A stretch of DNA of 64,000 nucleotides from Jatrophihabitantaceae bacterium (GTDB taxonomy: Bacteria; Actinomycetota; Actinomycetes; Mycobacteriales; Jatrophihabitantaceae): the NCBI GenBank assembly GCA_035999365.1, contig DASYGT010000022.1:5167-69166 (forward strand), in the 5' to 3' direction. The position numbers and the translations under genes are program-made. The notes beneath the pieces were generated by a model. The model was given only the letters and a program-made list of their open reading frames with translations, was not told the origin of the DNA and did no database searches. This document shows positions 8,493-17,503 of the stretch, one piece after another (position 1 is the first letter of the stretch; each line of letters opens with the position of its first letter).

Positions 8493-9536
8493 GTGGCGAT
8501 TCGACTTTCACGTCGTATCAAGACCGTCGTCGTTCTGACTGCAACCTCCGCGGTGATCAGCTCCCTTCTGCTGACCCCCAACGGTGCGTCAGCGGTCCCG
8601 AAGACGCCAAGCGTCGGCAGCGTCGAGCAGCAGTTGAGCAAGCTCGCGCTCAAGAACACCCTCCTCGTCGAGCAGTACGACCAGGCGCAGGTCGACGTCC
8701 AGGCACGTCAGCAGGCGGTCGTGGCGGCGCAGCAGGTCGCGAATGCCGCCCAGGCGGAGGTCGACAAGGCCGAGGTGATACTCGGAGCCACCGCGACGGC
8801 CGAGTACGAGGGCGGCTCCTTCAGCGCCACCGGCGCGCTGCTGTCCAGCCAGAGCGGCCAGGGTTACCTCGACGAACTTCAGACATTGCAGGCGATGTCG
8901 ACGCACACCGCCGCAGTGGTGCGCGCCATGACGCAGGCGAAGGCAACGGCCGACGCCGCGAACAAGCGCGCGGCGGACCTCCTCAAGACCGCGACGGCCA
9001 AGCGCGATGCGCTCGTGAAGCAGCGCGCCGTCGTGCAGAAGCAGGTCGACACCTACACGTCGATGCTCGCGACGATGTCCTTCAGCCAGCGTTCGGCGTT
9101 CCAGCAGGCGCAGATGCCCTCGGTGAGCAATGCCGAGGCGACAGCACTGATCCAGAGCCTCACCGCAACGCCCGCAACGTCCAAAGCGCTCATTGCGGTC
9201 AAGTACGCGCTGCATCAGGTCGGCAAGCCCTACGTCTTCGGTACCTCCGGACCGAGCACCTTCGACTGCTCCGGCCTCACCATGGCGTCCTGGGCGCAGG
9301 CCGGTGTTCAGTTGCCGCACTCGTCCGAGCAGCAGTACACGATGGGAAAGTCGGTCGCGGTGGCCGACCTGCTGCCGGGTGACCTGCTCTTCTTCTACGG
9401 TCCGCCCCCTGGGCACGTGACGATCTACGTCGGCGGCGGCCTCATGGTGTCGGCGGCCGAGCCCGGCGTCGGGATCGTGATCGCCAAGCTGAGCGACTAC
9501 AGCGGCAGTTACGTCGGAGCGCGGCGCGTCAACTGA
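8493..9536 (+). CDS. secreted NlpC/P60 peptidoglycan endopeptidase with N-terminal coiled coil (RipC-like)
   Basis: 347 aa. GTG start 8493 follows GGAAGAAGGAG. Signal-like N-terminus. Long Q/A-rich coiled coil. C-terminal NlpC/P60 core: GKPYVFGTSGPSTFDCSGLTMASWAQAG...GDLLFFYGPPPGHVTIYVGGG (catalytic Cys and His). Confidence 0.92.
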   Translation: MAIRLSRRIKTVVVLTATSAVISSLLLTPNGASAVPKTPSVGSVEQQLSKLALKNTLLVEQYDQAQVDVQARQQAVVAAQQVANAAQAEVDKAEVILGATATAEYEGGSFSATGALLSSQSGQGYLDELQTLQAMSTHTAAVVRAMTQAKATADAANKRAADLLKTATAKRDALVKQRAVVQKQVDTYTSMLATMSFSQRSAFQQAQMPSVSNAEATALIQSLTATPATSKALIAVKYALHQVGKPYVFGTSGPSTFDCSGLTMASWAQAGVQLPHSSEQQYTMGKSVAVADLLPGDLLFFYGPPPGHVTIYVGGGLMVSAAEPGVGIVIAKLSDYSGSYVGARRVN

Positions 9537-9557
9537 CGCAGCACCGCGCCTGACCGT

Positions 9558-9579
9558 GGATCATCGTTCGCGATGATCC
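9558..9579 (+). other. perfect 9-bp stem / TTCG tetraloop hairpin enclosing the start codon of the next gene
   Basis: GGATCATCG-TTCG-CGATGATCC. The ATG of the 9573 ORF lies inside the 3' arm. The hairpin begins 22 nt after the ripC-like stop codon. Confidence 0.6.
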
Positions 9580-10895
9580 GTCGCTGCCCTCGAACCGTGC
9601 GTACTCAGGTGCTTGCCTGCGTGTTCGCCGCCACGCTCTTCAGCGTGTCCGGCTGCAGCACCGCAGCGGCGCCGACCCCCTCATACGGCTCCGGCGCCGG
9701 TGCGCCGACACTCGCGCAGATCACCCCGCTGCTGGAGCGGCACGCCCACGCCGTCCTGGCCCGCTCGTCATCGCGATTCCTCGCCGACGTGGACGCAGCA
9801 GCGGCAGCGTCGACCTTTCGGCAGTCACAGGCGGCGCAGGTCTCCGCACTCGCCGTCGTGCCGCTGCGGGTGTGGAGCTACTCGGTGAGCTCTCCGGTGA
9901 CCGACCTCGCAGCCGTGCGAGCGGCGGCACGGCGTTTCGGCGCGCCGGCGTCGATCGTTCACCTCACGCTCTCCTACGCGCTCGATCCGGTCGACCCCGC
10001 GGCCGTCACCCACGACTTGTGGTGGACCTTCGTCCGGCGGCACGGGCACGTGTACGTCGCCGGCGACTCGGACATGGCCGGACTGGGCGGACAGAGCTGG
10101 AAGGGGCCGTGGGACTTCGGCCCGCTCGTCGTTCACCGTGGCGCCAGCAGCCTCGTCCTCGGCCACCCGGGCGACGCAGGCGCTCTGGCGGCGATTTCTG
10201 CGGGCGTTGATGACGCCGTCGCCGCCGTGACTGCCGTGTGGGGGCCCGGATGGAATCGCCAGGTCGCCGTCATCGTGCCGGGTTCGGCTGCCGAATTCGC
10301 GGCGATGGGCGGGACGCGCGGCCGCACCGGATCGACAGGATCGGCAAGCCTGGGTGGCGATGTCTCGGCCGAGACCGTGTTCGAGACAGCGAACGGCACG
10401 GATTCGGCCGCCCGCGTGCTGATGAACCCCGCCGTGCTGAACAGTCTGACCGCGACCGGCCGGGCGATCGTGCTGAGGCACGAGATCACCCACGTGGCGA
10501 CCGAGGCGAGCACGCCGATCGGCACACCCACGTGGCTTGTCGAAGGCTTCGCCGAGTACGTCGGCAATCTTGGCTCGGGCCAGTCCGTGCCGACTGCTGC
10601 AGGCGAGTTGCGCGCCGAGGTACGCGCCGGCGACCTTCCCGCCGCGCTGCCCAGTGAGTCGGACTTCGCCTCGACGACGCGGCTGGCAGCCGTGTACGAG
10701 CAGGCGTGGCTGGCCTGCCGGTTCATCGCCGCTCGCGCTGGTCAATCCGGGCTCGTACAGCTGTACCGGCTCGTCGGTGCCAGCCTGGATCCCGCCGCCG
10801 TAGCCGTCTCGACGGCGTTCCGCACGGTGCTGCACGAGTCGGTGCCGGCGTTCACCGGGCAGTGGCGCGCGTACGTCGCAGCGGAGCTGCGATGA
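9573..10895 (+). CDS. lipoprotein with HExxH gluzincin-like metallopeptidase motif
   Basis: 440 aa. Signal peptide plus lipobox (LFSVSGC). LRHEITHVATEAS is followed 20-25 aa later by LVEGFAEYV, a possible third-ligand Glu. The stop overlaps the next start (ATGA). Confidence 0.7.
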   Translation: MIRRCPRTVRTQVLACVFAATLFSVSGCSTAAAPTPSYGSGAGAPTLAQITPLLERHAHAVLARSSSRFLADVDAAAAASTFRQSQAAQVSALAVVPLRVWSYSVSSPVTDLAAVRAAARRFGAPASIVHLTLSYALDPVDPAAVTHDLWWTFVRRHGHVYVAGDSDMAGLGGQSWKGPWDFGPLVVHRGASSLVLGHPGDAGALAAISAGVDDAVAAVTAVWGPGWNRQVAVIVPGSAAEFAAMGGTRGRTGSTGSASLGGDVSAETVFETANGTDSAARVLMNPAVLNSLTATGRAIVLRHEITHVATEASTPIGTPTWLVEGFAEYVGNLGSGQSVPTAAGELRAEVRAGDLPAALPSESDFASTTRLAAVYEQAWLACRFIAARAGQSGLVQLYRLVGASLDPAAVAVSTAFRTVLHESVPAFTGQWRAYVAAELR

Positions 10896-12016
10896 CTCGG
10901 CGCACGCTGATCGTCACCAACGATTTCCCACCCCGACGTGGCGGCATCCAGTCCTTCGTCCACGAACTGGCCGTCCGGCAGCCCCGCGGTTCGGTGGTGG
11001 TCTACGCATCGGATCACCCTGGCTCCGCCGAGTTCGACGCCGCCCAGCCGTTCCCGGTACTGCGGCACCCGACAGGGCTGTTGCTTCCCACGCCCGCCGC
11101 CCGGTCTCGGGTGACGGCGGTTGTCGCCGAGTACGACTGCACGGCCGTCTGGTTCGGTGCCTCGGCGCCGCTCGGCCTGCTAGCTCCGGCCGTGCGTGCC
11201 GCGGGAGCGCAGCGCCTGGTCGCCAGCACGCACGGCCACGAGGTGGGCTGGGCGATGCTGCCTGGCGCGCGCCAGGCACTGCGCCGAATCGGCTCGCAGT
11301 GCGACGTCATCACCTATCTGGGCGAGTACACCCGGCACCGGATCGCGTCGGCGTTCGGGCCGCACGCCTCCCTCGAACGGTTGACACCTGGAGTTGACGT
11401 CGAGACCTTCCGGCCGGATGTGGATGGTTTGGTCGTGCGTGCCCGGCACGGGCTGGGTGAACGTCCGGTGATCGTCTGCGTGTCGCGGTTGGTGGCCCGC
11501 AAGGGACAGGACCGGCTGATCTCCGCGCTCCCTGCGATCCGCCGGTCCGTCCCGGACGCCGCGCTGTTGCTGGTCGGCGGCGGCCCGTACCACGACGACC
11601 TGCTGGCACTGGCCCACTCGGCCGGGGTAGCCGAGCACGTGGTGCTCACCGGGGCCGTCGATGCCGACGAACTGCCCGCGCACTACGCAGCCGGGACTGT
11701 CTTCGCGATGCCGTGCCGGACGAGGCGGGCGGGGATGGATGTCGAGGGGCTCGGCATCGTCTACCTCGAGGCGTCGGCCACCGGTTTGCCGGTCGTGGCA
11801 GGCGAATCGGGCGGTGCCCCGGACGCGGTGCGCGACGGCGACACCGGCTTCGTTGTCGACGGCGACGACGAGAGCGCGCTCGTCGACCGGCTCGTGACGT
11901 TGTTGCAGGACGCCTCGCTGCGTGAGCGGATGGGGGCGGCCGGTCGCGCCTGGGTCGAGCGGGACTGGCGGTGGGACATCCTTGCGGAGCGGCTCACCGT
12001 GATGCTGAACGGTTGA
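10892..12016 (+). CDS. pimB: GT4 glycosyltransferase, phosphatidylinositol mannoside mannosyltransferase PimB'-like
   Basis: ORF 10706..12016 trimmed to ATG 10892 (MTRRTLIVTNDFPPRRGGIQSFVHEL). GT4 E-x7-E region [27 protein letters not shown]. Same position as Rv2188c next to the fadD gene. Confidence 0.85.
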   Translation: MTRRTLIVTNDFPPRRGGIQSFVHELAVRQPRGSVVVYASDHPGSAEFDAAQPFPVLRHPTGLLLPTPAARSRVTAVVAEYDCTAVWFGASAPLGLLAPAVRAAGAQRLVASTHGHEVGWAMLPGARQALRRIGSQCDVITYLGEYTRHRIASAFGPHASLERLTPGVDVETFRPDVDGLVVRARHGLGERPVIVCVSRLVARKGQDRLISALPAIRRSVPDAALLLVGGGPYHDDLLALAHSAGVAEHVVLTGAVDADELPAHYAAGTVFAMPCRTRRAGMDVEGLGIVYLEASATGLPVVAGESGGAPDAVRDGDTGFVVDGDDESALVDRLVTLLQDASLRERMGAAGRAWVERDWRWDILAERLTVMLNG

Positions 12017-12058
12017 GCCGCACCCAGCGGCGTCACTCGGCGCGCTGGCGGTTGCGCG

Positions 12059-13867
12059 TCAGTCGGATTTCGCCCCGCTGAAGAGCGCATCGATCTCGTC
12101 TGCGCACTCGGTCTGCACGAGGTTGCGCTTGAGCTTCATCGACGGGGTCAGCTGCCCGCCCGCCTCGGTCCAGTCGTCCGGCAGGATCGTGAACTTGCGG
12201 ATCGATTCTGCCTTCGACACCGCCTTGTTCGCGTCGTCGATCGCCTTCTGCAGCTCCGCTCGCAGATCGTCGTCGTTGACGAGGTCGGCAACCGTGGTCG
12301 AGCTCGGCCGGCTGTGGTCCTGCAGCCACTGGGGGAACGCCTCGGGATCGATCGTGACGAGCGCGGCGATGAACGGCTTCTGATCGCCGACGACCAGGCA
12401 CTGGCTCACCAGCCAATGGGCACGCACACGATCCTCGAGCACCGCGGGGGCGACGTTCTTGCCGCCCGCCGTCACGATCAGTTCCTTCTTGCGCCCGGTG
12501 ATGCGGACGAAGCCATCGGCGTCGATCTCGCCGATGTCGCCGGTGTGGAACCAGCCGTCGGTATCGATCGCCTCTTTCGTCGCCTCGCTGTTCTGCCAGT
12601 AGCCCTTGAACACCAGCGGCGTGCGGAACAGCAACTCACCGTCTTCGGCGATCTTCACGCTCACGCCGCCGACGGGACGTCCGACGGTGCCGACGCGCAG
12701 CGCGTCCGGCCGGTTGACGGTGACGCCGGCCGTGGTCTCGGTGAGGCCGTAACCCTCATAGATCGTCACACCGATGCCACGGAAGAAGTGACCGAGGCGT
12801 GCACCCAACGGCGCACCGCCCGAGACCGCAGCCACGCAGTTACCTCCGAGTGCCGCGCGGAGCTTGCCATAGACGAGACGGTCGAACAGCCCATGCTGCA
12901 GGCGTAGCAACAGCGGCGCGGACTTGTCGTCGGACGTCGCCTCGGAGTACGCGATCGCCACCGACTCGGCGCGGTCGAAGATCTTGCCCTTGCCGGAACC
13001 GTGCGCGCGCTGCTTCGCGGTGTTGTAGACCTTTTCGAAGACGCGCGGGACGGCCAGCACGAACGTCGGCTTGAATTCGGCAAGGTCGGCCAGCAGGTTC
13101 TTGACGTCCGGGGTGTGTCCCAGCGTGCTACCCGAGGCGAGCGCGCCGATCTCGATGGCCCGGCCGAACACGTGCGCGATCGGCAGGAACAGCAGCGTCG
13201 AGGTGTTCTCGTTGAACAGATCGTCCAAACCGTCGCGCAGTTCGACGACCTCGGTGATGAAGCTCCGATGGCTGAGTTGGCAACCCTTGGGCCGCCCTGT
13301 TGTGCCCGAGGTGTAGATGATCGAGGCGACATCGTCGAGGGCCACGCCCTCACGGCGCTTCGTCACCTCGTCGTCGCCGACCTCCGCGCCCGCCTCGACC
13401 AGTGCGGTGACGCCGTCACCTTCGAACTGCCAGACATCGGTGAGCGATGGGATGTCGCCCCGCACGGCCTCGACCACACCGGCATGCTCGTCGGTTTCGA
13501 CGAACACGGCCCGCGCTCCGGAGTCGGTCAGGATCCATTCGACCTGCTCGGCGCTGGACGTCTCGTAGATCGGCACGACGATGGCCCCGACGGCGAACAG
13601 CGCCATGTCCGCGAGGGTCCATTCATAGCGAGTCTTGCTCATGACCGCGACGCGGTCACCGGCTTGGATACCGTTCGCGATCAGACCTTTCGCGACGGCA
13701 GTAACCTCGTCCGCGAATTGCTGGGAGGTCACATCGGTCCAGACGCCGTCAACGCGCTTGCGGATGGCGATGTTGGTCGGCCGGTCTGCCGCGTTCTCGT
13801 AGACGAAATCCGCAGTGTTGCTCTCGGTCAGTGGGGCGACTTTGCTGGCGACAGTTAGCTCGCGCAC
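12059..13867 (-). CDS. long-chain fatty-acid--CoA ligase (FadD15-like AMP-binding enzyme)
   Basis: ORF 12059..14275(-) trimmed to GTG 13867, preceded by GAAAGGA. 602 aa. AMP-binding motifs IIYTSGTTGRPKG, YGLTETT and TGDIGEIDADGFVRITGRKKE. Confidence 0.92.
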   Translation of the reverse strand: MRELTVASKVAPLTESNTADFVYENAADRPTNIAIRKRVDGVWTDVTSQQFADEVTAVAKGLIANGIQAGDRVAVMSKTRYEWTLADMALFAVGAIVVPIYETSSAEQVEWILTDSGARAVFVETDEHAGVVEAVRGDIPSLTDVWQFEGDGVTALVEAGAEVGDDEVTKRREGVALDDVASIIYTSGTTGRPKGCQLSHRSFITEVVELRDGLDDLFNENTSTLLFLPIAHVFGRAIEIGALASGSTLGHTPDVKNLLADLAEFKPTFVLAVPRVFEKVYNTAKQRAHGSGKGKIFDRAESVAIAYSEATSDDKSAPLLLRLQHGLFDRLVYGKLRAALGGNCVAAVSGGAPLGARLGHFFRGIGVTIYEGYGLTETTAGVTVNRPDALRVGTVGRPVGGVSVKIAEDGELLFRTPLVFKGYWQNSEATKEAIDTDGWFHTGDIGEIDADGFVRITGRKKELIVTAGGKNVAPAVLEDRVRAHWLVSQCLVVGDQKPFIAALVTIDPEAFPQWLQDHSRPSSTTVADLVNDDDLRAELQKAIDDANKAVSKAESIRKFTILPDDWTEAGGQLTPSMKLKRNLVQTECADEIDALFSGAKSD

Positions 13868-13984
13868 TGTCAGGTCCTTTCTCGCGGATTCGCCGATGCG
13901 GCGACGGCCCGGGCTGTCTGCTGTATGCCGACGGGTTACCGGGCGGTGCCAAAACCGTAACTTGTCCGTGGGCGGGGCGCGACA

Positions 13985-14440
13985 GTGCCTTTCGGCCCTA
14001 AGGTGCTGGGGGGGTGGAGCGTCCGTGGGACGCTCACCGGTGTGCCGGACATCGACATCGTCGATTCCACGTGGATCTGCGCGCGGCCAGCGGTGGTGGC
14101 CGCCTTGATCGCCGAGCCGTCCAATTGGCGGCGCTGGTGGCCCGATCTCGACCTGGCGGTGGATGAGTGGCGCGGCGACAAGGGAGTCCGGTGGACCGTC
14201 CGGCATGCGCGTCGCGGTGCCGTGGGGTCGATGGAGATCTGGCTCGAGCCCGCGCACGACGGTGTTGTCGCTCATTACTTCCTGCGCCTCGACGCGGCGA
14301 ATGGGCGGCCGATGCGGCCGGGCCGGATCAGACGTGAGTCCGATCGGCAGCGGAGGCGAATGAAGACGGTGTTCTGGGCCCTGGGCGATCGTCTCGACCC
14401 GGGCCGCGTCTCGCGGATCTCGACTCCGCCCGGGATGTGA
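13985..14440 (+). CDS. SRPBCC (polyketide cyclase/dehydrase-like) family protein
   Basis: 151-aa ORF. IDIVDSTWICARPAVVAALIAEPSNWRRWWPDL...WTVRH...MEIWLEP resembles START/Bet v1-like SRPBCC proteins and is paired with a second one, as for Rv2186c/Rv2185c. The true start may be an internal GTG. Confidence 0.65.
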   Translation: MPFGPKVLGGWSVRGTLTGVPDIDIVDSTWICARPAVVAALIAEPSNWRRWWPDLDLAVDEWRGDKGVRWTVRHARRGAVGSMEIWLEPAHDGVVAHYFLRLDAANGRPMRPGRIRRESDRQRRRMKTVFWALGDRLDPGRVSRISTPPGM

Positions 14441-14460
14441 TCGCCCGGTAACCTCGCTGG

Positions 14461-14907
14461 ATGGCCGAAAAGTCGACGCAGTCGATCGTCATCGACGCCG
14501 GCCCCGCGTCGATCATGGCCGTCATCGCGGACTTTCCGAACTACCCGGCGTGGACCGGGTCGGTGAAGAAGGCCGAGGTCTTGGAGGACGGGCCGGACGG
14601 GCGGGCCCGCCGGGTGGCGTTCACCCTCGACGCGGGTGTCGTCCGCGACCAGTACGAGCTGTCCTACGAGTGGGACGGCGACCGCAGGGTCGACTGGGAA
14701 CTCGTGCGCGGGCAGATGATGCGGTCGCAAGTGGGTACGTATGTACTCGACGCGATCGACGACCACCGCACCACCGTGACGTATTCACTGGCCGTCGATC
14801 TCGCCATACCGATGCTGGGGCTGCTGAAGCGCAAGGCTGAACGCGTTGTCATGGACACCGCCCTCAAGCAGTTGAAGAAGCGCGTCGAGGCGGGCGACGC
14901 GACATGA
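14461..14907 (+). CDS. SRPBCC family protein (TB16.3/Rv2185c-like)
   Basis: 148 aa. MAEKSTQSIVIDAGPASIMAVIADFPNYPAWTGSVKKAEVLE...YELSYEWD...GTYVLD is typical of the SRPBCC fold. The stop overlaps the next ATG (ATGA). Confidence 0.8.
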   Translation: MAEKSTQSIVIDAGPASIMAVIADFPNYPAWTGSVKKAEVLEDGPDGRARRVAFTLDAGVVRDQYELSYEWDGDRRVDWELVRGQMMRSQVGTYVLDAIDDHRTTVTYSLAVDLAIPMLGLLKRKAERVVMDTALKQLKKRVEAGDAT

Positions 14908-16106
14908 GGATCGTGCTGTTCACCGGCAAGGGCGGCGTCGGCAAGACGACCACCGCATCTGCCACCGCGCTGCGCCTCGCTGATCGCGGCATGAAGACCC
15001 TGCTGCTGTCGACCGATATCGCGCACTCTCTGGGTGACGCGCTGGGTGTCACGCTCACTGGCGAGCCGACCGAGGTCGCACCCGGTCTGTGGGCCGTGCA
15101 GATCGACACTCAGCTGCGCTTCGAGGCGGCATGGCGCGACGTACAGCGGTTCCTCATCGACATGCTGGCGCGCAGCGGCGTCGACCCGATCACCGCCGAC
15201 GAGCTCACCGTGCTGCCGGGCGTCGACGAAGTGCTCGCCCTGCTCGCGGTGCGCGAGCTGGCTGTCGCAGGCGATTGGGACACGCTCGTCGTCGACTGCG
15301 CCCCCACCGCGGAGACGCTGCGGCTGCTGGCCTTGCCCGAAGCACTCTCGTGGTACCTGCAGAAAGTGTTTCCGGCGCAGCGTCGGCTGGCCAAGGGAAT
15401 GCGGCCGATCGCGGCGATGCTCGGGCGCGCCGATGTGATCCCGCCGGATAACATTTTCGAGGCGTTGCTGCGGCTCAACGACGAGCTCGCCGCGGTGCGG
15501 CAACTGCTCGGCGATCCGACGATCACCTCGGTGCGTTTGGTGCTCACGCCGGAATCGGTAGTGGCCGCGGAGGCGCGCCGCACCTTCACCGCGTTGTCGC
15601 TGTACGGGTACTGCGTCGATCTCGTCGTCGCCAACCGGGTCTTCCCCGCAGGCGACGACGCGTGGCGCCAGGGGTGGGCGCGGGCGCAGCAGCAGCAACT
15701 GGCCGGCATCCGCGAATCCTTCGCCGGACTGCCTGTGCGCGAACTGCCGTACCGCGCCTCCGAACCGGTCGGACCGGATGCGCTTCGAGAGGTGGCCGAC
15801 TCGCTCTACGGCCCGCTGCCGGGTGACGATCCCGCGGCAGCCAGCACGACCCATGACCTGATGCACATCGACAGCGTCGGGGACGAGTTCATCCTGCGCA
15901 TGGCCTTGCCGCTGGCCACCAAGTCTGCCGTCGACGCGGCGCGCGCCGGCGACGACCTCATCGTCACGGTGTCCGGGCACCGCCGCGTGCTGAGCCTGCC
16001 AAGCGTGCTGCGGCGCTGCGATGTCGTCGGGGGCGAGTTCGAGGACGGCGAGCTGCGCGTGCGGTTCCGGCCCGATCTGTCCGTCTGGCCGGAGGGGACC
16101 CAGTGA
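14904..16106 (+). CDS. ArsA/Get3-family P-loop ATPase (Rv2184c-like)
   Basis: 400 aa with a deviant Walker A at the N-terminus (MRIVLFTGKGGVGKTTTASATALRLADRG). The C-terminal ~90 aa are a beta-rich extension. The stop overlaps the next GTG (GTGA). Confidence 0.88.
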   Translation: MRIVLFTGKGGVGKTTTASATALRLADRGMKTLLLSTDIAHSLGDALGVTLTGEPTEVAPGLWAVQIDTQLRFEAAWRDVQRFLIDMLARSGVDPITADELTVLPGVDEVLALLAVRELAVAGDWDTLVVDCAPTAETLRLLALPEALSWYLQKVFPAQRRLAKGMRPIAAMLGRADVIPPDNIFEALLRLNDELAAVRQLLGDPTITSVRLVLTPESVVAAEARRTFTALSLYGYCVDLVVANRVFPAGDDAWRQGWARAQQQQLAGIRESFAGLPVRELPYRASEPVGPDALREVADSLYGPLPGDDPAAASTTHDLMHIDSVGDEFILRMALPLATKSAVDAARAGDDLIVTVSGHRRVLSLPSVLRRCDVVGGEFEDGELRVRFRPDLSVWPEGTQ

Positions 16107-16483
16107 CCGAGCATTCGCACGACCACCTTGCCGACGAGACGCTGCGCCTCGTCTCGTCCATGCAGGACTGGGCGCGGCGCAGCCTTCCGGACGACGCCGC
16201 CCACTCCTCCGGCGCGTGCCAGTGGTGCCCGTTGTGCCAGTTCGTCGCGATGCTGCGCGGCGATCGACCGGAGGTCACGGCACGGGTCGCCGAGGCGGGG
16301 ACAGCCGTCATCACCGCGATGCGGGCTCTGCTCGACGCGGCGGTCGACGCCGGCGGATCGTCCGGTCCGGCCGGGGCACCCGAAACCGGAACGGGCCGGC
16401 ATTCGGCGGACACCCCTGCCAGCCGCGCTCGACCGGATCCGGCGCCGCGCGTGCAGCGCATCGATCTGTCCCACGAGTCCTAG
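16103..16483 (+). CDS. small conserved hypothetical protein with CxxCxxC motif (Rv2183c-like)
   Basis: 126 aa, translationally coupled to the ArsA-like gene. Contains GACQWCPLCQFVAMLRGDRPE, then a low-complexity Gly/Pro/Ala tail. Confidence 0.65.
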   Translation: MTEHSHDHLADETLRLVSSMQDWARRSLPDDAAHSSGACQWCPLCQFVAMLRGDRPEVTARVAEAGTAVITAMRALLDAAVDAGGSSGPAGAPETGTGRHSADTPASRARPDPAPRVQRIDLSHES

Positions 16484-17461
16484 TTGGCAGCGGGGGAAGC
16501 GGCAGCTCCGGCCGGGCTCGCGATCGGTGTGGACATCGGCGGCACGAAGGTGTCCGCCGGTGTCGTCGATATGCATGGTGCGGTCATCGACCGCGAGCGG
16601 CGCCCGACCCCCGGACACGACATCGTCGAGACCGAGGGCGTCATCGTCGATGTCGTGTCTGCGCTGGCCGAACGGCACGACGTGGTCGCCGTCGGCATCG
16701 GAGCGGCCGGATGGATCGGCAACGATGCGGCGACCGTGCTCTTCTCACCCCACCTGGCCTGGCGTGACGAGCCGCTGCGGGCCGGCCTCACCGATCGCAT
16801 CGACCTGCCGCTGATCGTCGAGAACGACGCGAATGCCGCGGCTTGGGCCGAATACCGATTCGGTGCCGCGCAGGGCGAACAGGTGGTCGTCTGCGTCACG
16901 CTCGGCACCGGAATCGGCGGCGGCCTCGTGGTGGGCGGTGCCATCTACCGCGGCGCGTGGGGCATCGCGTGCGAGTACGGGCACATGACCCTCGTCCCCG
17001 ACGGGCGACTGTGCGCCTGTGGTAATCGCGGGTGCTGGGAGATGTACGCCTCGGGCCGGGCACTCGCCCGTGACGCCCGCGAACTGATCGCCGAATCCCC
17101 GGTTGCCGCGGGCCGGCTGCTGGCGCTCGCCGGCACGCCGGAGGGTGTCGACGGCCCGGTGGTCACGCGTGCCGCAGCCGAGGGAGACCCGGCCGCGTTG
17201 TCGATCTGCACGACGATGGGGCGTTCGCTGGGGCGCGGCCTGGCCAACCTCGCGGCCATCCTCGATCCGTCGATCTTCGTCATCGGCGGGGGCGTGTCGG
17301 CGGCCGGCGAGCTGCTCCTGTCTCCGGCGCGCGAGGAGTTCGCACACACGCTCACCGGCCGCGGGTTCCGGCCGGTCGCGGGCGTGGTCGGCGCGGCCCT
17401 CGGCCCGGACGCCGGCCTCGTCGGGGCCGCCGACATCGCGCGCCGTTCGCTGGAATCCTGA
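16484..17461 (+). CDS. ROK-family glucokinase
   Basis: 325 aa. GVDIGGTKVSAGVVD, ENDANAAAWAE and the ROK zinc motif GHMTLVPDGRLCACGNRGCWE. The TTG start abuts the preceding TAG, so the start is uncertain. Confidence 0.88.
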   Translation: MAAGEAAAPAGLAIGVDIGGTKVSAGVVDMHGAVIDRERRPTPGHDIVETEGVIVDVVSALAERHDVVAVGIGAAGWIGNDAATVLFSPHLAWRDEPLRAGLTDRIDLPLIVENDANAAAWAEYRFGAAQGEQVVVCVTLGTGIGGGLVVGGAIYRGAWGIACEYGHMTLVPDGRLCACGNRGCWEMYASGRALARDARELIAESPVAAGRLLALAGTPEGVDGPVVTRAAAEGDPAALSICTTMGRSLGRGLANLAAILDPSIFVIGGGVSAAGELLLSPAREEFAHTLTGRGFRPVAGVVGAALGPDAGLVGAADIARRSLES

Positions 17462-17503
17462 AGAGTTAGACGCACCGCCTCCGGCGATGACGCCACGACC
17501 TTA

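Noticed and set aside
12017-12058. CCAGCG-N13-CGCTGG inverted repeat between convergent pimB and fadD, considered as a bidirectional terminator
   Set aside because: The stem is only 6 bp with a 13-nt loop and no U-tract, so I am not confident enough to call it.
12059-14275. Long 5' extensions of genuine genes as listed in the ORF track. Examples: fadD to 14275, the kinase to 30583, ctaE to 1912, rsmH from 50327, murG from 60224, metF from 35090 and dinB from 43329.
   Set aside because: The extensions overlap neighbouring genes, are Arg/Pro-rich, and lack homology-like sequence. In each case an internal start with an SD or a stop/start overlap gives the canonical protein length.
14664-15980. 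438-aa minus-strand ORF
   Set aside because: It is antisense to the ArsA-like ATPase (Walker A present on the plus strand), with junk-like composition.
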